64,000 nucleotides of DNA from Alphaproteobacteria bacterium (GTDB lineage Bacteria > Pseudomonadota > Alphaproteobacteria > Bin95), in NCBI GenBank assembly GCA_963665325.3, contig OZ224045.1:1504001-1568000 (forward strand). The letters run 5' to 3'. Below the pieces are notes generated by a model. It was not told the DNA's origin. It was given only the letters and a program-made list of their open reading frames with translations, and did not search any database. Below, piece after piece: positions 51,554-61,487 of this stretch (positions are counted from its first letter, which is position 1; the number at the start of each line of letters is the position of its first letter). The translations under genes were made by a program, and so were the position numbers.

Positions 51554-51638
51554 GCGGCGCGCCGGGACGGGTTGACCGCAGGGCCGGCCGGGCCGATAAC
51601 GGCTGCGTTGCAGCAAGGCGATGGAGCAACGGAAAGCC

Positions 51639-51935
51639 ATGCATGCATTCATCTTCAGCCCAGCCCGCACGGCGATGCAGCAGGGTCGGGGCCGAACCGG
51701 CATGTGGGTGGTCGAGTTCGAGCAGCAGTCGGCCCGCCGGCCGGACCCGCTGATGGGCTGGACGAGTTCCAGCGATACCCGCCAGCAGGTCAGACTGGAA
51801 TTCGAGTCGCGCGAGGCGGCGGTGGCCTATTGCGAGAAGCGCGGCTTCGAATACAGCGTGCGCGCAGCGCAGCGGCGACAGGTGAGACCCAAGGCCTATG
51901 CGGACAATTTTCGCTGGAACAGGGTCTCCGGGTGA
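51639..51935 (+). CDS. ETC complex I subunit (NDUFS4-like)
   Basis: PARTAMQ, DPLMGWTSS.D, KAYADNF. Confidence 0.9.
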   Translation: MHAFIFSPARTAMQQGRGRTGMWVVEFEQQSARRPDPLMGWTSSSDTRQQVRLEFESREAAVAYCEKRGFEYSVRAAQRRQVRPKAYADNFRWNRVSG

Positions 51936-51945
51936 GCGGACATGC

Positions 51946-52022
51946 GCGCCCTTAGCTCAGCCGGATAGAGCAGCGGACTTCTAATCCGCAGGTCGGAGGT
52001 TCGAGTCCTCCAGGGCGCGCCA
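51946..52022 (+). tRNA. tRNA-Arg (anticodon TCT)
   Basis: Acceptor GCGCCCT/AGGGCGC, D-arm TAGCTCAG..GGATAGAGC, anticodon arm GCGGA-CTTCTAA-TCCGC, GGTTCGAGTCC, encoded CCA. Confidence 0.97.
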
Positions 52023-52130
52023 GTCATTCTCAATAAGTTAGAGGGCATTATTCAGCCGCCGTTAACACGTCCCGATGAGGGCGTTCCGTAGCCGTCCCGG
52101 GGGCAAGACCCATGCACATCGCTCTCGGGG

Positions 52131-53027
52131 TCAAGAGCAGCACTCTCGATATGCGCCCGGCGTGGTGCCGATAATCCGCTTGAAGCACCTGATGAACTGG
52201 GTCTGAGAAGAAAATCCGCACAGATGGGCGATGCCGGCGAGCGGGAGCCGCCCTTCCGCAATCAAGGATTTCCCGCGCTCGATCCGGCGGTACGTGACGT
52301 AGCGATGCGGCGCACTCCCGGTTGCCGCCTTGAAGGCGCGGGCGAAGTGGAACGGACTGAGGCAGGCCTCGTTCGCAAGCGACTCGATGGTCAGGTCTTC
52401 GCCGAGATGGGCGTCGATAAATTCCATGACCCGTTTCAGACGTCGCGGATCGAGCGCACCGCGGGCAGCCGGCAGCGACCTGGATGCCGGCGCCAGGCTG
52501 GAATGGCGCCGCAGGATGTGAACGCCGAGCGCCGAGGCCAGCGTCTCCGCCAGGATCTTTCCCGCAGGCGCAGGGTCGACCATCTCGCTGTGGATCGCCC
52601 GCGCGATCCGCTCGATCAGAGGATCGTGGAAGCCGCCGTCATAGTGCAGGTCGAGTTTGTCTGGATCGATGTCGAGTTCCCGCAGGGCTGTTTCCGACAG
52701 CGGGGAGGCGGGGAGGAAGAGATGGATGCTCTCCTCGACCTCGCCGTAAAGATGGATCATGTCTTCGTAAACGCCTTTGGGGCAGAGCCAGACCGTGCCC
52801 GGCACCGCGTCGCAACGCTGCAGCCGCCCGTCACCTCGCCGTCGGACATGGAGACGGCCCTGAAGCATGACGATGACTTCGGTGTCGCGAACCTGGACCT
52901 CGCCGAGGTCGCCCTCCGCATGCTGCCAGCGTTCCGCAAGCAGCCCCTTCCAGCCCCGGTCGGCGCTGGATCCGAGCCGGGTCCCGGTGGTGAATTTCGC
53001 CCGCCCGTGTCCGTTTGAGCCCGCCAT
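52131..53027 (-). CDS. AraC-family transcriptional regulator
   Basis: LANEACLSPFHFARAFK and IAHLCGFSSQTQF..FKR..GTTP double HTH. Confidence 0.92.
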   Translation of the reverse strand: MAGSNGHGRAKFTTGTRLGSSADRGWKGLLAERWQHAEGDLGEVQVRDTEVIVMLQGRLHVRRRGDGRLQRCDAVPGTVWLCPKGVYEDMIHLYGEVEESIHLFLPASPLSETALRELDIDPDKLDLHYDGGFHDPLIERIARAIHSEMVDPAPAGKILAETLASALGVHILRRHSSLAPASRSLPAARGALDPRRLKRVMEFIDAHLGEDLTIESLANEACLSPFHFARAFKAATGSAPHRYVTYRRIERGKSLIAEGRLPLAGIAHLCGFSSQTQFIRCFKRIIGTTPGAYRECCS

Positions 53028-53423
53028 GGCGCTCCTCGTCCAAAACGGATCGATCGGATGACACCGTGTGCATGGTCACCCTGGTGTTCCGAGCGATCCT
53101 GATTTGGCCCTGTCGTGACCATGCATGCGGTCGGATGGACTAGCGCCTTGTTGCCCGGAACTAGAATACATTCTTGCGCCTTCTTTATGTCGAGTCGGTA
53201 TACCGGGCGGGAAACACATATGACCGACCATGGGCAGATATAATAATTGATAGTTCCTTAGTAAAATTCTTATGGGAGGTACACATTAGAGAGTAGATCA
53301 TCGCGAAATAAAGGTCCGTTACCTCCGATAGCAAGAGAGAGCGATGCAACCGCAAGATCCCGCGATACGGACTGCCCTGCCGTGCATTAGGACTGCCTCC
53401 AAGCTCTTTAGGAGGCTCGAGTC

Positions 53424-56400
53424 ATGCAAGCGGACAACCGTCGTGGTGGTCGTCATGTCGCGGGAGTATCGAAGAAAACCGCCGACTGCTTCGTCGTAAG
53501 CGCCAGACGTCGAGGGGTCTTATTTCATTCTTGGCGGTGCCTGATACCGATGATTGCCGGAGTTTGGACCTGTTTTGCGGGGTCCCTGGCGTACGCGCAG
53601 ACCCCGATAACGCTGGTATCCAACCTCGCGCAGACTATCGACGCGCCGCAGTTCGATGGAGAAATATTAAGGGCTTGGGAAAATCAGGATCTCGGCATCG
53701 TATTCAGGACGGGTCCGTCCCAGTCTGGCACGCTACTGAGTGCCGTTGCTCTGGACGTCAACCGATGGCCGCGCGGAACCACGCCGACCGTCTCGATATA
53801 CAGGGCCGAGCTCGTTGGCGACCCCGGCCTGCCGGCGCCCACCACGAGGATCGCGACCCTGGACAATCCGTGGGCGGCCAAGGGATGGCGGACCTTTACC
53901 GTGTCGAGCCGGGTGCAACTCAAGCCCAACAGGTTCTACGCCATCGTTGTGGAAAGCACAGCGACGACCGTGGAACGGGCATTCGAACTCAGAGGCACGC
54001 AGTCCTACGAAGAAGACGCGAGCAGTCAGGCCGGCTGGGACATCGAACGCATAACGAATGTCAACCTAGGCATGGGATGGGAGGGAACCGACGCATCGGC
54101 CTCCACGCAGAAAGTGAGGTTTGCCGCCCACGGATATGACGCAGGCGAGGTGTGGCGAGAAGGCGCGAAGCTGGAGAGCTTCACGGTGACTCCCGTCAGC
54201 GGCAGCCTTGTCCAGTTCACTCCGTCGTTCAAGTCGGGCAGGCGAGGCCCCTACACCGTCTGGGTGACCCATGACACGACGCAGGTGACGCTCGCGGCGA
54301 TGGCGGAATCGTCGAGCGCCTGGGTGGAATTGCCGGACGACGTGAATCCGAGTCTCGAGGGCACGCAGATCAATCTCCCGGCGGGCACGACGACAACCAG
54401 AGAGATCCGGGTCATCGACGGACCCAGCGGCATCTTCCGGACCTTCTATCGGCTGAACATCAAGCGCCCCGGCAGCATGCTGACGGGAAAGCCCAACGAA
54501 CTGGAGCCAATATCGAGCGACGGGTCTCTCCAGTACCGCTTCGCTGTCAAGCTGAGCGCCCCTGTCGAACTCTCGCTCGCGCACTGGAGGAGTTATGTGT
54601 TCCACGTCGCCAACGGCGCCATCGCCGAGGTAAAGCGCGTAGGCGGGAGTGCAGCGGGTCCGGGTGGCGATCCCATCAGCCGTACGTGGCACGTGACGGT
54701 GAACCCCGCCGATCCGGCCAGCGACACGGATGTCACGTTTCGGACCAAGCCGGGTTGCACCTCGACCGGGGCCGTATGCACGGTGGGCGGGCTCAAACTC
54801 GATAGCTTCGACCCAGTCAACTTCAGTCCTTCGGACGTGCGCAGCGTCTCCATCGAGGACGCGAGCGCGGACGAGCAGGACGGGGAGATCGTGTTCACCG
54901 TCAGTCTGTCCAAGCGCGCACAGCGGTATGTGTACGTCGACTTCGAAACCATCGACTCTGGATCCGACAAGGGCACTGCCACTCCAGGCGCGGACTACCG
55001 GCCGCAGTTTACCCGGCTCGTCATCCCGCCGGGAATCGCCTCCGTCGAGGCAGGCGTGGCACTCATCGACGACTCGATCGACGACGACGGCGAGACCGTG
55101 AAGGTCCGTCTCAGCAACGCCCGGCAGGTCAACGACGTCGGCGGCTTTCTGAAGCCGATCAGGATCGGGGCCGCCGAGGCGACGGGCACGATCCGCAACT
55201 CCGATGCGATACCGCAGGCGTGGCTCGCGCGCTTCGGGCGCACGGTGGCGGACCAGGTGCTGGATGCGGTGGAGAGCCGGATGCAGGCGCCGCGAACGCC
55301 GGGAGTAGAGCTGAGCGTGGCCGGACAGCGGGTTGGGGGCGGCCGGGCGCCGGCGCTGAACGAGGCGCGCGACGCGGAGGCCGGTCTCGAGACGGTGTTG
55401 AACCGGCTGCGCCCTGGCATCGATGAGGAGAACGCCAGCGGCTTCGCATCGCGTGCGGTGACAAGCCATGACCTGCTCGCCGGCTCGTCCTTCGCGTTCA
55501 CGGGCGGGACGCCCGAGAGCGGCGTTGGCACGCTCTGGGGCCGGGGCGCGGTCTCGCGCTTCCACGGGCGCGAGGGGGCGGTGTCGCTCGACGGCGACGT
55601 GGCAAGCGCGCTGGTAGGCTTGGATTGGACGCGCGGGCGCACCACCGCCGGTCTCGTGGTATCGCATTCGCGCGGGGACGGCGGCTTTGGCTCACCGGCC
55701 GACGCCGGCACGGTCGAGAGCACGCTCACGGGGTTTTATCCTTGGGGCCGGTATGCATTGAACGACCGCCTTTCGGTATGGGGCGTCGCGGGCTACGGCG
55801 CCGGCGAGCTCGTGCTGACGCCGAAGGAGAAGCCGCCGATCGAGACCGACATGGACCTCAGGATGGCAGCGGCAGGCCTGCGCGGCGTGCTGATGGAGGC
55901 GCCTGCCAACGACGGCTTCGAGCTCGCGGTCACGTCTAACGGCCTGATGGTAAGCACGTCATCGGACGAGGTGCGCGGAAGCGCCGGCAGTCTCGCGGCT
56001 TCCGAGGCCGACGTGACGCGACTTCGTGTCGGCCTTGAGGGGCTGTGGCGCGGGCTCGATGCGGGCGGCGGCTCGTTCGTACCCAGCTTCGAGATCGGCA
56101 TGCGCCAAGACGGAGGCGACGCGGAGACCGGGCTCGGCGTCGATGCGGGTGTCGGTCTTGCCTGGGCAGACCCGACGAGCGGGGTGAAGGCCGAGCTTCG
56201 CGCGCGCGCGCTGCTGACCCATGAGGAGGACGGATTCCGGGAGCGGGGTCTGGCGGGTACGCTCGCCTGGGACCCAGACCCGGAGTCCGACCGGGGTCCG
56301 GCGCTCTCGCTGAGCCAGGCGGCTGGCGCATCCGCGTCGGGAGGAATGGAGAGCTTATTCGGGCCCGGTACGGCGGGTGCGCTCGGCGCATCCGATGATG

Positions 56401-56786
56401 ATCGAGGCGAGCTCGATCGGCGTCGCCTGGAAGCGAAGTTCGGCTACGGGTTCGCCCTCTTCGACGGGCGGTACACGGGCACGCCGCGGCTCGGGTTCGG
56501 ATTGTCGGATGCCGAGAGAGAAATCACGCTCGGGTGGCGTATCGCCGAGGTCCGGCGTGGAGGCCTTGGGTTTGCGCTCGACGTAGAAGGGGCGCGGCAG
56601 GCGAGCCCGGCCGGGAACGGCAAACCCGGACACCGTCTTGCGCTCGGCCTAGGCTGGAGCCTGGAAGGCGCGCAGACCCGTGATATTGCCTTCGAGCTTT
56701 GGCTCGAGGGTTCGCGCCATGTCGCCGCCGCAGCCGACGGAGAGCCCGAGAACCGCGTGGGGCTGCGGATGACGGCGCGTTGGTAG
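53424..56786 (+). CDS. Autotransporter-like surface protein (cadherin-like and Calx-beta-like passenger, C-terminal beta-barrel); start uncertain
   Basis: Signal ...LAYAQ; TLVSN domain; FTPSF..G...YTV; SIEDASADE..G.I.FTVSL..TATPGADY..DDSIDDDGET; AWLARFGRT linker; amphipathic strands ending in W. Confidence 0.85.
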   Translation: MQADNRRGGRHVAGVSKKTADCFVVSARRRGVLFHSWRCLIPMIAGVWTCFAGSLAYAQTPITLVSNLAQTIDAPQFDGEILRAWENQDLGIVFRTGPSQSGTLLSAVALDVNRWPRGTTPTVSIYRAELVGDPGLPAPTTRIATLDNPWAAKGWRTFTVSSRVQLKPNRFYAIVVESTATTVERAFELRGTQSYEEDASSQAGWDIERITNVNLGMGWEGTDASASTQKVRFAAHGYDAGEVWREGAKLESFTVTPVSGSLVQFTPSFKSGRRGPYTVWVTHDTTQVTLAAMAESSSAWVELPDDVNPSLEGTQINLPAGTTTTREIRVIDGPSGIFRTFYRLNIKRPGSMLTGKPNELEPISSDGSLQYRFAVKLSAPVELSLAHWRSYVFHVANGAIAEVKRVGGSAAGPGGDPISRTWHVTVNPADPASDTDVTFRTKPGCTSTGAVCTVGGLKLDSFDPVNFSPSDVRSVSIEDASADEQDGEIVFTVSLSKRAQRYVYVDFETIDSGSDKGTATPGADYRPQFTRLVIPPGIASVEAGVALIDDSIDDDGETVKVRLSNARQVNDVGGFLKPIRIGAAEATGTIRNSDAIPQAWLARFGRTVADQVLDAVESRMQAPRTPGVELSVAGQRVGGGRAPALNEARDAEAGLETVLNRLRPGIDEENASGFASRAVTSHDLLAGSSFAFTGGTPESGVGTLWGRGAVSRFHGREGAVSLDGDVASALVGLDWTRGRTTAGLVVSHSRGDGGFGSPADAGTVESTLTGFYPWGRYALNDRLSVWGVAGYGAGELVLTPKEKPPIETDMDLRMAAAGLRGVLMEAPANDGFELAVTSNGLMVSTSSDEVRGSAGSLAASEADVTRLRVGLEGLWRGLDAGGGSFVPSFEIGMRQDGGDAETGLGVDAGVGLAWADPTSGVKAELRARALLTHEEDGFRERGLAGTLAWDPDPESDRGPALSLSQAAGASASGGMESLFGPGTAGALGASDDDRGELDRRRLEAKFGYGFALFDGRYTGTPRLGFGLSDAEREITLGWRIAEVRRGGLGFALDVEGARQASPAGNGKPGHRLALGLGWSLEGAQTRDIAFELWLEGSRHVAAAADGEPENRVGLRMTARW

Positions 56787-56827
56787 ATGGCCGCTTGTCA
56801 ACGGCGGCACAAGAATGTACCGGTGCG

Positions 56828-56928
56828 TGGAGTGGGCCCCTGGGGTCGGACAGTCTCATGCGGCCGATTTGACCGGTGTGCGGGACTGTTCCTCCTCGAA
56901 ACGGTCGGGGCTCAGATATCCGAGCGCC
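56828..56928 (-). mobile_element. IS3-family right-end remnant
   Basis: The - strand encodes ALGYLSPDRFEEEQSRTPVKSAA*; terminal TGGAGTGGGCCCC..GGTCGGACA. Confidence 0.65.
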
Positions 56929-57207
56929 GTAAGCGGTTCGAACGCGGCACGTGGATTTCAGCTTGACGAGCTGACGAAGTTCCACGGGAGCAAGTCGTCG
57001 ATACGGTCGTTGGGATGGCCGGCCGCGATGGCTTCGAGGGTGGCCTTGAGCCAGGCGTAGGGCTCGATCCCGTTCAACCTGGCGGTCTGGGTGAGTGAAG
57101 CGATCCGGCCCCAAGCGGCCGTGCCTTCGTCGTGACCCGCGAAGAGTGCATTTTTCCTTGTAAGGGCAGTCGGACGGGCGAGATTCTCGACGGCATTGCT
57201 GTCTGTC
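56929..57207 (-). mobile_element. IS66-family right-end remnant
   Basis: GTAAGCG terminus at 56929; - strand DSNAVEN..RP.ALTRKNALFAGHDEG..W...ASL..TARLNGIEPYAWL...IDDLLPW. Confidence 0.85.
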
Positions 57208-57229
57208 CAGATAAATCGGGAACGCAGAG

Positions 57230-58492
57230 CTATTCCGCTGCGTCGGGCATCTTTCGCCTGCCATCATCTCCGGCGACCCGGACCGAGGCTTTCACCACCG
57301 GCACATCGGCTTCCGCAAGCGGCTGCATGTAGGTCTTGCGCGCGAGCGCCGCCTCGATGAACGGTGCAAGCTCGGCGGCCTTGGCTGCTTCGCGCGCTTC
57401 GGCATCGCGAGCGAATTCCGGCATCACCGTGCCCGCAAACAGCTCCAGCGATTCGCAGATATTCGCATGGCTGTTGTGGCCGGCCTGTTGCAGGAAGATC
57501 ACCTGGTCCACGCCGGCCTCCTGCATGCCGGCGAGGTGGCGGGCCATGTCTTCCGGCGTGCCGATCCCGGCGCCATCGTATTCCGCGCGCGCCAGCGCCG
57601 CCTGGATCAGTGCGTCGGTCGCGGCCCCGCGCTTGGCCGTAAACTCGCCCCAGATGTCGGAATAGCCGGGCGTGAAGTCCTCGGCCACGAGCTTCTGCTG
57701 TGCATAGCGGAAGAACTCGAAATGGTCCTGTCCGCGCCGGATCGCCTCGGCCCGGTCCTCATGCATCGAGAAGGCGGAGACCATGGCGAGGTTGGCGTTG
57801 ACCGACCAGCCGAGCGGCACGCATTCCTCGCTCCTGATCGTGTCGTAATAGATGCCGGACCAGGTGTGCGCCTCCTCGGGGTCAAGGAAGGAGAAGGCGA
57901 GCGCGCCGATGCCGTTCTGCGCTGCGACGCGAATGGTGTCGCGGTTGGTGCAAGCCATCCAGAGCGGCGGATGCGGCTGTTGCAGCGGCTTCGGCAGCAC
58001 ATTGCGGCAGGGCATGGAAAAGCCCTCGCCCTCGAAACCCGGATAGGGCGTGAGCACCATCATGTTGCAGACCTGCTCTGCGGCCTCCAGCGCGAGCGCG
58101 CGCTTGCGCCGGGCAGAGATGCCGAAGGCGCCGAGCTCCAGCCGCGTGGCACCCTCGCCGATACCGAATTCGACCCGCCCGTCGGAGATAAGGTCGAGCG
58201 TGGCAAGACCCTCAGCGGTGCGCGCCGGGTGGTTGTAGGCGGGGATGACCTGGCGGATGCCGTGGCCGAGCCGGATGCGCTTCGTCCGGGCCGCGGCCGC
58301 GGCGAGAAAGACTTCCGGCGCGGAGGCGTGGCTGTATTCGTCGAGGAAATGGTGCTCGACCTCCCATGCATAATCGAAGCCCAGCCGGTCGGCGAGCTCG
58401 ACCTGGTCCAGCGCCTCCTTCATCAGGCGGTGCTCGGCGCCTTCGGCCCAGGGCCGCGGCAGCTGCAGTTCGTAGAAAACACCGAAGCGCAT
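57230..58492 (-). CDS. LLM-class flavin-dependent oxidoreductase
   Basis: MRFGVFYELQ, WEVEHHF, TLDLISDGRVEFGIG, PKPLQQPHPP. Confidence 0.93.
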   Translation of the reverse strand: MRFGVFYELQLPRPWAEGAEHRLMKEALDQVELADRLGFDYAWEVEHHFLDEYSHASAPEVFLAAAAARTKRIRLGHGIRQVIPAYNHPARTAEGLATLDLISDGRVEFGIGEGATRLELGAFGISARRKRALALEAAEQVCNMMVLTPYPGFEGEGFSMPCRNVLPKPLQQPHPPLWMACTNRDTIRVAAQNGIGALAFSFLDPEEAHTWSGIYYDTIRSEECVPLGWSVNANLAMVSAFSMHEDRAEAIRRGQDHFEFFRYAQQKLVAEDFTPGYSDIWGEFTAKRGAATDALIQAALARAEYDGAGIGTPEDMARHLAGMQEAGVDQVIFLQQAGHNSHANICESLELFAGTVMPEFARDAEAREAAKAAELAPFIEAALARKTYMQPLAEADVPVVKASVRVAGDDGRRKMPDAAE

Positions 58493-58619
58493 GGGACGGC
58501 ATGCCTCCATTGAGACCGGATACGGAAATCGGGCGCCAGCCTCGCCGCAATGAACGCCCGTGTAAACTGTGCCATAGTCGCGAGGGCAAGCCGCAGAGGG
58601 AATGACGGGGGCGAAGCGG

Positions 58620-59795
58620 ATGAAGATACGGGGATTCGAAAACCTGCATGTGGACGCCGGCTGGCGGAACATCTCCTTTCTGAAGGTCGTGACGGACGAG
58701 GGGCTGGTCGGTTGGTCGGAATATAATGAGAGCTATGGCAGCCGGGGCCTGAGCACCGTCATCGCCGCGCTCGCGGAGACGCTGGTCGGCGTCGATCCTC
58801 GACCGGTCGAGCGGATAAGCGCCATGCTCTACGCGCAGACCCGCCAGGCCCCGGGCGGCATGAACGCGCAGGCTATAGCCGCAATCGAGAACGCGCTGCT
58901 CGATATCAAGGCCAAGGCGCTTGGCGTGCCGGTCTATGAGCTGTTCGGTGGGCCGGTGCGGGACCGCTTCCGCCTCTACTGGTCCCATTGCGGCACCTAT
59001 CTGGTGAACCATGCGGACGTCATCGGCGAGCAGCCGCTGCGCAGCCTCGACGATGTGGAGGCGCTCGGCGCGCGCGTGCGCGAGCGCGGCTTCACGGCGC
59101 TCAAATGCAACATGTACCGCTTCGATGGTGGCGAGCCCTACGTCTATATGCCGGGCTTCTCCCGCTCCTCCGGCGACCGGCCGGAACTCAACCTCTCCCG
59201 CGAAACGGTGCGTGCGCTCCGCAACCAGATCTCGGCCTTCCAGGAGGGCAGCGGCGGCCGGGTGGATGTCCTGGTGGACCTCAACTTCAACTTCCGCACC
59301 GATGGCTATATGGCGCTCGCCCGCGCGCTCGACGATCTCGGCCTCTACTGGATCGAGATAGACAATTACGACCCCGAAGGGCTGGCCATGATCCGCCGGT
59401 CGGTCGAAACGCCCATCGCGTCCTGCGAGTCGCTATACGGGCGGCGCCAGTTCCGGCCCTTCCTCGAGCGTTATTCCATGGATGCCGCCATCATCGACGT
59501 GCCTTGGAACGGATTCAGCGAAAGCCTCAAGATCGCTGCCATGTGCGACGCCTGGGAGGTCAACATTGCGCCGCACAACTTCTACGGCCATCTCTCGACT
59601 CTGATGAGCGCGCATCTCTGCGCAACCGTGCCGAACTTCCGCATCATGGAGATCGACATCGACGATGTGCCGTGGAAGGACGATCTCGTGACCGTGCCGC
59701 CGCAGATCGAGAACGGCGAACTCATCCTGCCGACGGGTCCCGGTTGGGGCGCGGACGTCAACGAAGAGGCCGTTCGCGCCCACTCGCCGAAGTAG
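58620..59795 (+). CDS. Mandelate racemase/muconate lactonizing (enolase superfamily) enzyme, DgoD-like
   Basis: AIENALLDIKAKALGVPVYELFGG, IASCES, APHN, PTGPGWG. Confidence 0.92.
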   Translation: MKIRGFENLHVDAGWRNISFLKVVTDEGLVGWSEYNESYGSRGLSTVIAALAETLVGVDPRPVERISAMLYAQTRQAPGGMNAQAIAAIENALLDIKAKALGVPVYELFGGPVRDRFRLYWSHCGTYLVNHADVIGEQPLRSLDDVEALGARVRERGFTALKCNMYRFDGGEPYVYMPGFSRSSGDRPELNLSRETVRALRNQISAFQEGSGGRVDVLVDLNFNFRTDGYMALARALDDLGLYWIEIDNYDPEGLAMIRRSVETPIASCESLYGRRQFRPFLERYSMDAAIIDVPWNGFSESLKIAAMCDAWEVNIAPHNFYGHLSTLMSAHLCATVPNFRIMEIDIDDVPWKDDLVTVPPQIENGELILPTGPGWGADVNEEAVRAHSPK

Positions 59796-59803
59796 TTTGG
59801 GCG

Positions 59804-61405
59804 TCAAGCTCGGTCGCGGAGGAAGTCGGCGCAGCGCTCGCCGATCATGATTGAGGGCGCATTGGTGTTGCCCGACGGCATGGTCGGGAAGATCGAGGCG
59901 TCCGCGATCCGCAGGCCCCCCAGCCCGTGGACCCTGAGCCGGTCATCGACAACGGCCTCCGGCCCCGGCCCCATACGGCAGGTGCCGATGGGGTGATAGG
60001 CTGTCTGCGAGTTGTTGCGGATCCAGTCCAGGATCTCATCGTCGCTCGCCACGTCCTCTCCCGGCGAGTATTCCGCGCCCCGAAGCGGCGCCATGGCCTC
60101 GGCCGCCATGAGTTCGCGCATCATGCGAAAGCCGCCGGTCATGGCGCGCTGGTCGATCTCGTCCTGCAGGAAGTTGAACCGGATCGCTGGCTGCGCCTCC
60201 GGCTCGGCCGAGCGGATGTGGATCGATCCCAGGCTCTCGGGCCGTAGCTGGTAGCAGGAGATGGTCATGCTCGGGAAGGGCTGCAGCAGCCGGCGCTTGG
60301 GGTCCTTCACCGCATAGGGGACGAGGTGCATTTGCACGTCCGGCGTGTCCATCTCCGGCCGGGTGCGCAGGAAGGCGAGCAGCGGCGCGGAAGGCAGGCT
60401 CATGAAGCCGCCGCGCGTGAAGGCGTATCTGAGTACCTGGCCGGTCTTGCCGAACAGGGTGCCCATGCGCTCATTGTAGGAGGCGCCCCTGGCCGTCACC
60501 CGCCACTGGATGCGGGCATTGATATGGTCCCGGAAGTTCTCGCCGACACCGGCCAGTTCGTGCTGCACCTCGATGCCGTGGGCACCCAGCACGTCCGGGC
60601 GGCCGATGCCCGAAAGCTCCAGGATTTGCGGGGAGCAGACCGCGCCGGCGGTCAGCACGGTCTCGCGCCCGGCGCGCGCCTCGACCGTGCGCCCCCCCTT
60701 CTCGTAGGCGACGCCGACGCAGCGCTTGCCCTCCAGCAGCACGCGGCGCGTATGGGCCTCCGTCTCGATTCGGAGGTTCGGACGGTTCCGGGCGGGCTGC
60801 AGGTAGCAATGGGCGGTGGACATGCGCCGCCCGTTCTTGATCGTCACCTGCGTCTTGACCACGCCTTCTTGGTCGGGGCTGTTGTAGTCGGGGTTCAGCT
60901 TGTGCCCGACCTCGGCGGCGGCGGCGAAGAGCGCGTCGTAAAGCGGGTTCCGGTCCGGCACCTCGGTGACTTGCAGCGGGCCGTCCTCGCCTCTGATGCC
61001 GTCGCCGGCCTTCTCGTAGCTCTCCATGCGTTTGAAGACGGGCGCCACGTCCTCCCAGGTCCAGCCGCGATTGCCCATCTGCGCCCAGCTGTTGTAGTCG
61101 AGCGGCTGGCCGCGCACATAGACGAGGCCGTTGATGCTGCTCGACCCGCCGAGCAGCTTGCCGCGCGGCACCGGGATCTCGCGGTTGGCGGTGTTCGACT
61201 CCGGCTCGGACATGAAGCACCAATTGGCAGCCGGGTTGTCGATCAGGAGGCCGAAGCTGATCGGGAAGCGCGAATAAGGATGGCTTGCCTTGCCGGCTTC
61301 CAGCAGCAGCACCTTGCAGTTCGGGTCCTCGGTCAATCGGCTGGCGAGCGCCGCCCCCGCAGACCCCGCCCCCACGACGATATAATCGAACTCTGCTTCC
61401 GCCAT
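59804..61405 (-). CDS. GMC oxidoreductase (choline dehydrogenase-like)
   Basis: GAGSAG, RGKLLGGSSSING, HPIGTCRMG, GNTNAP. Confidence 0.94.
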   Translation of the reverse strand: MAEAEFDYIVVGAGSAGAALASRLTEDPNCKVLLLEAGKASHPYSRFPISFGLLIDNPAANWCFMSEPESNTANREIPVPRGKLLGGSSSINGLVYVRGQPLDYNSWAQMGNRGWTWEDVAPVFKRMESYEKAGDGIRGEDGPLQVTEVPDRNPLYDALFAAAAEVGHKLNPDYNSPDQEGVVKTQVTIKNGRRMSTAHCYLQPARNRPNLRIETEAHTRRVLLEGKRCVGVAYEKGGRTVEARAGRETVLTAGAVCSPQILELSGIGRPDVLGAHGIEVQHELAGVGENFRDHINARIQWRVTARGASYNERMGTLFGKTGQVLRYAFTRGGFMSLPSAPLLAFLRTRPEMDTPDVQMHLVPYAVKDPKRRLLQPFPSMTISCYQLRPESLGSIHIRSAEPEAQPAIRFNFLQDEIDQRAMTGGFRMMRELMAAEAMAPLRGAEYSPGEDVASDDEILDWIRNNSQTAYHPIGTCRMGPGPEAVVDDRLRVHGLGGLRIADASIFPTMPSGNTNAPSIMIGERCADFLRDRA

Positions 61406-61487
61406 TGCCCCGCTTCCTTCTGTCCCTGCCGTATTCCGGAAGCGGGAGCGTAAGCGGTTTCGGGCGGCAGGGGAATTCGAGGCTGCT

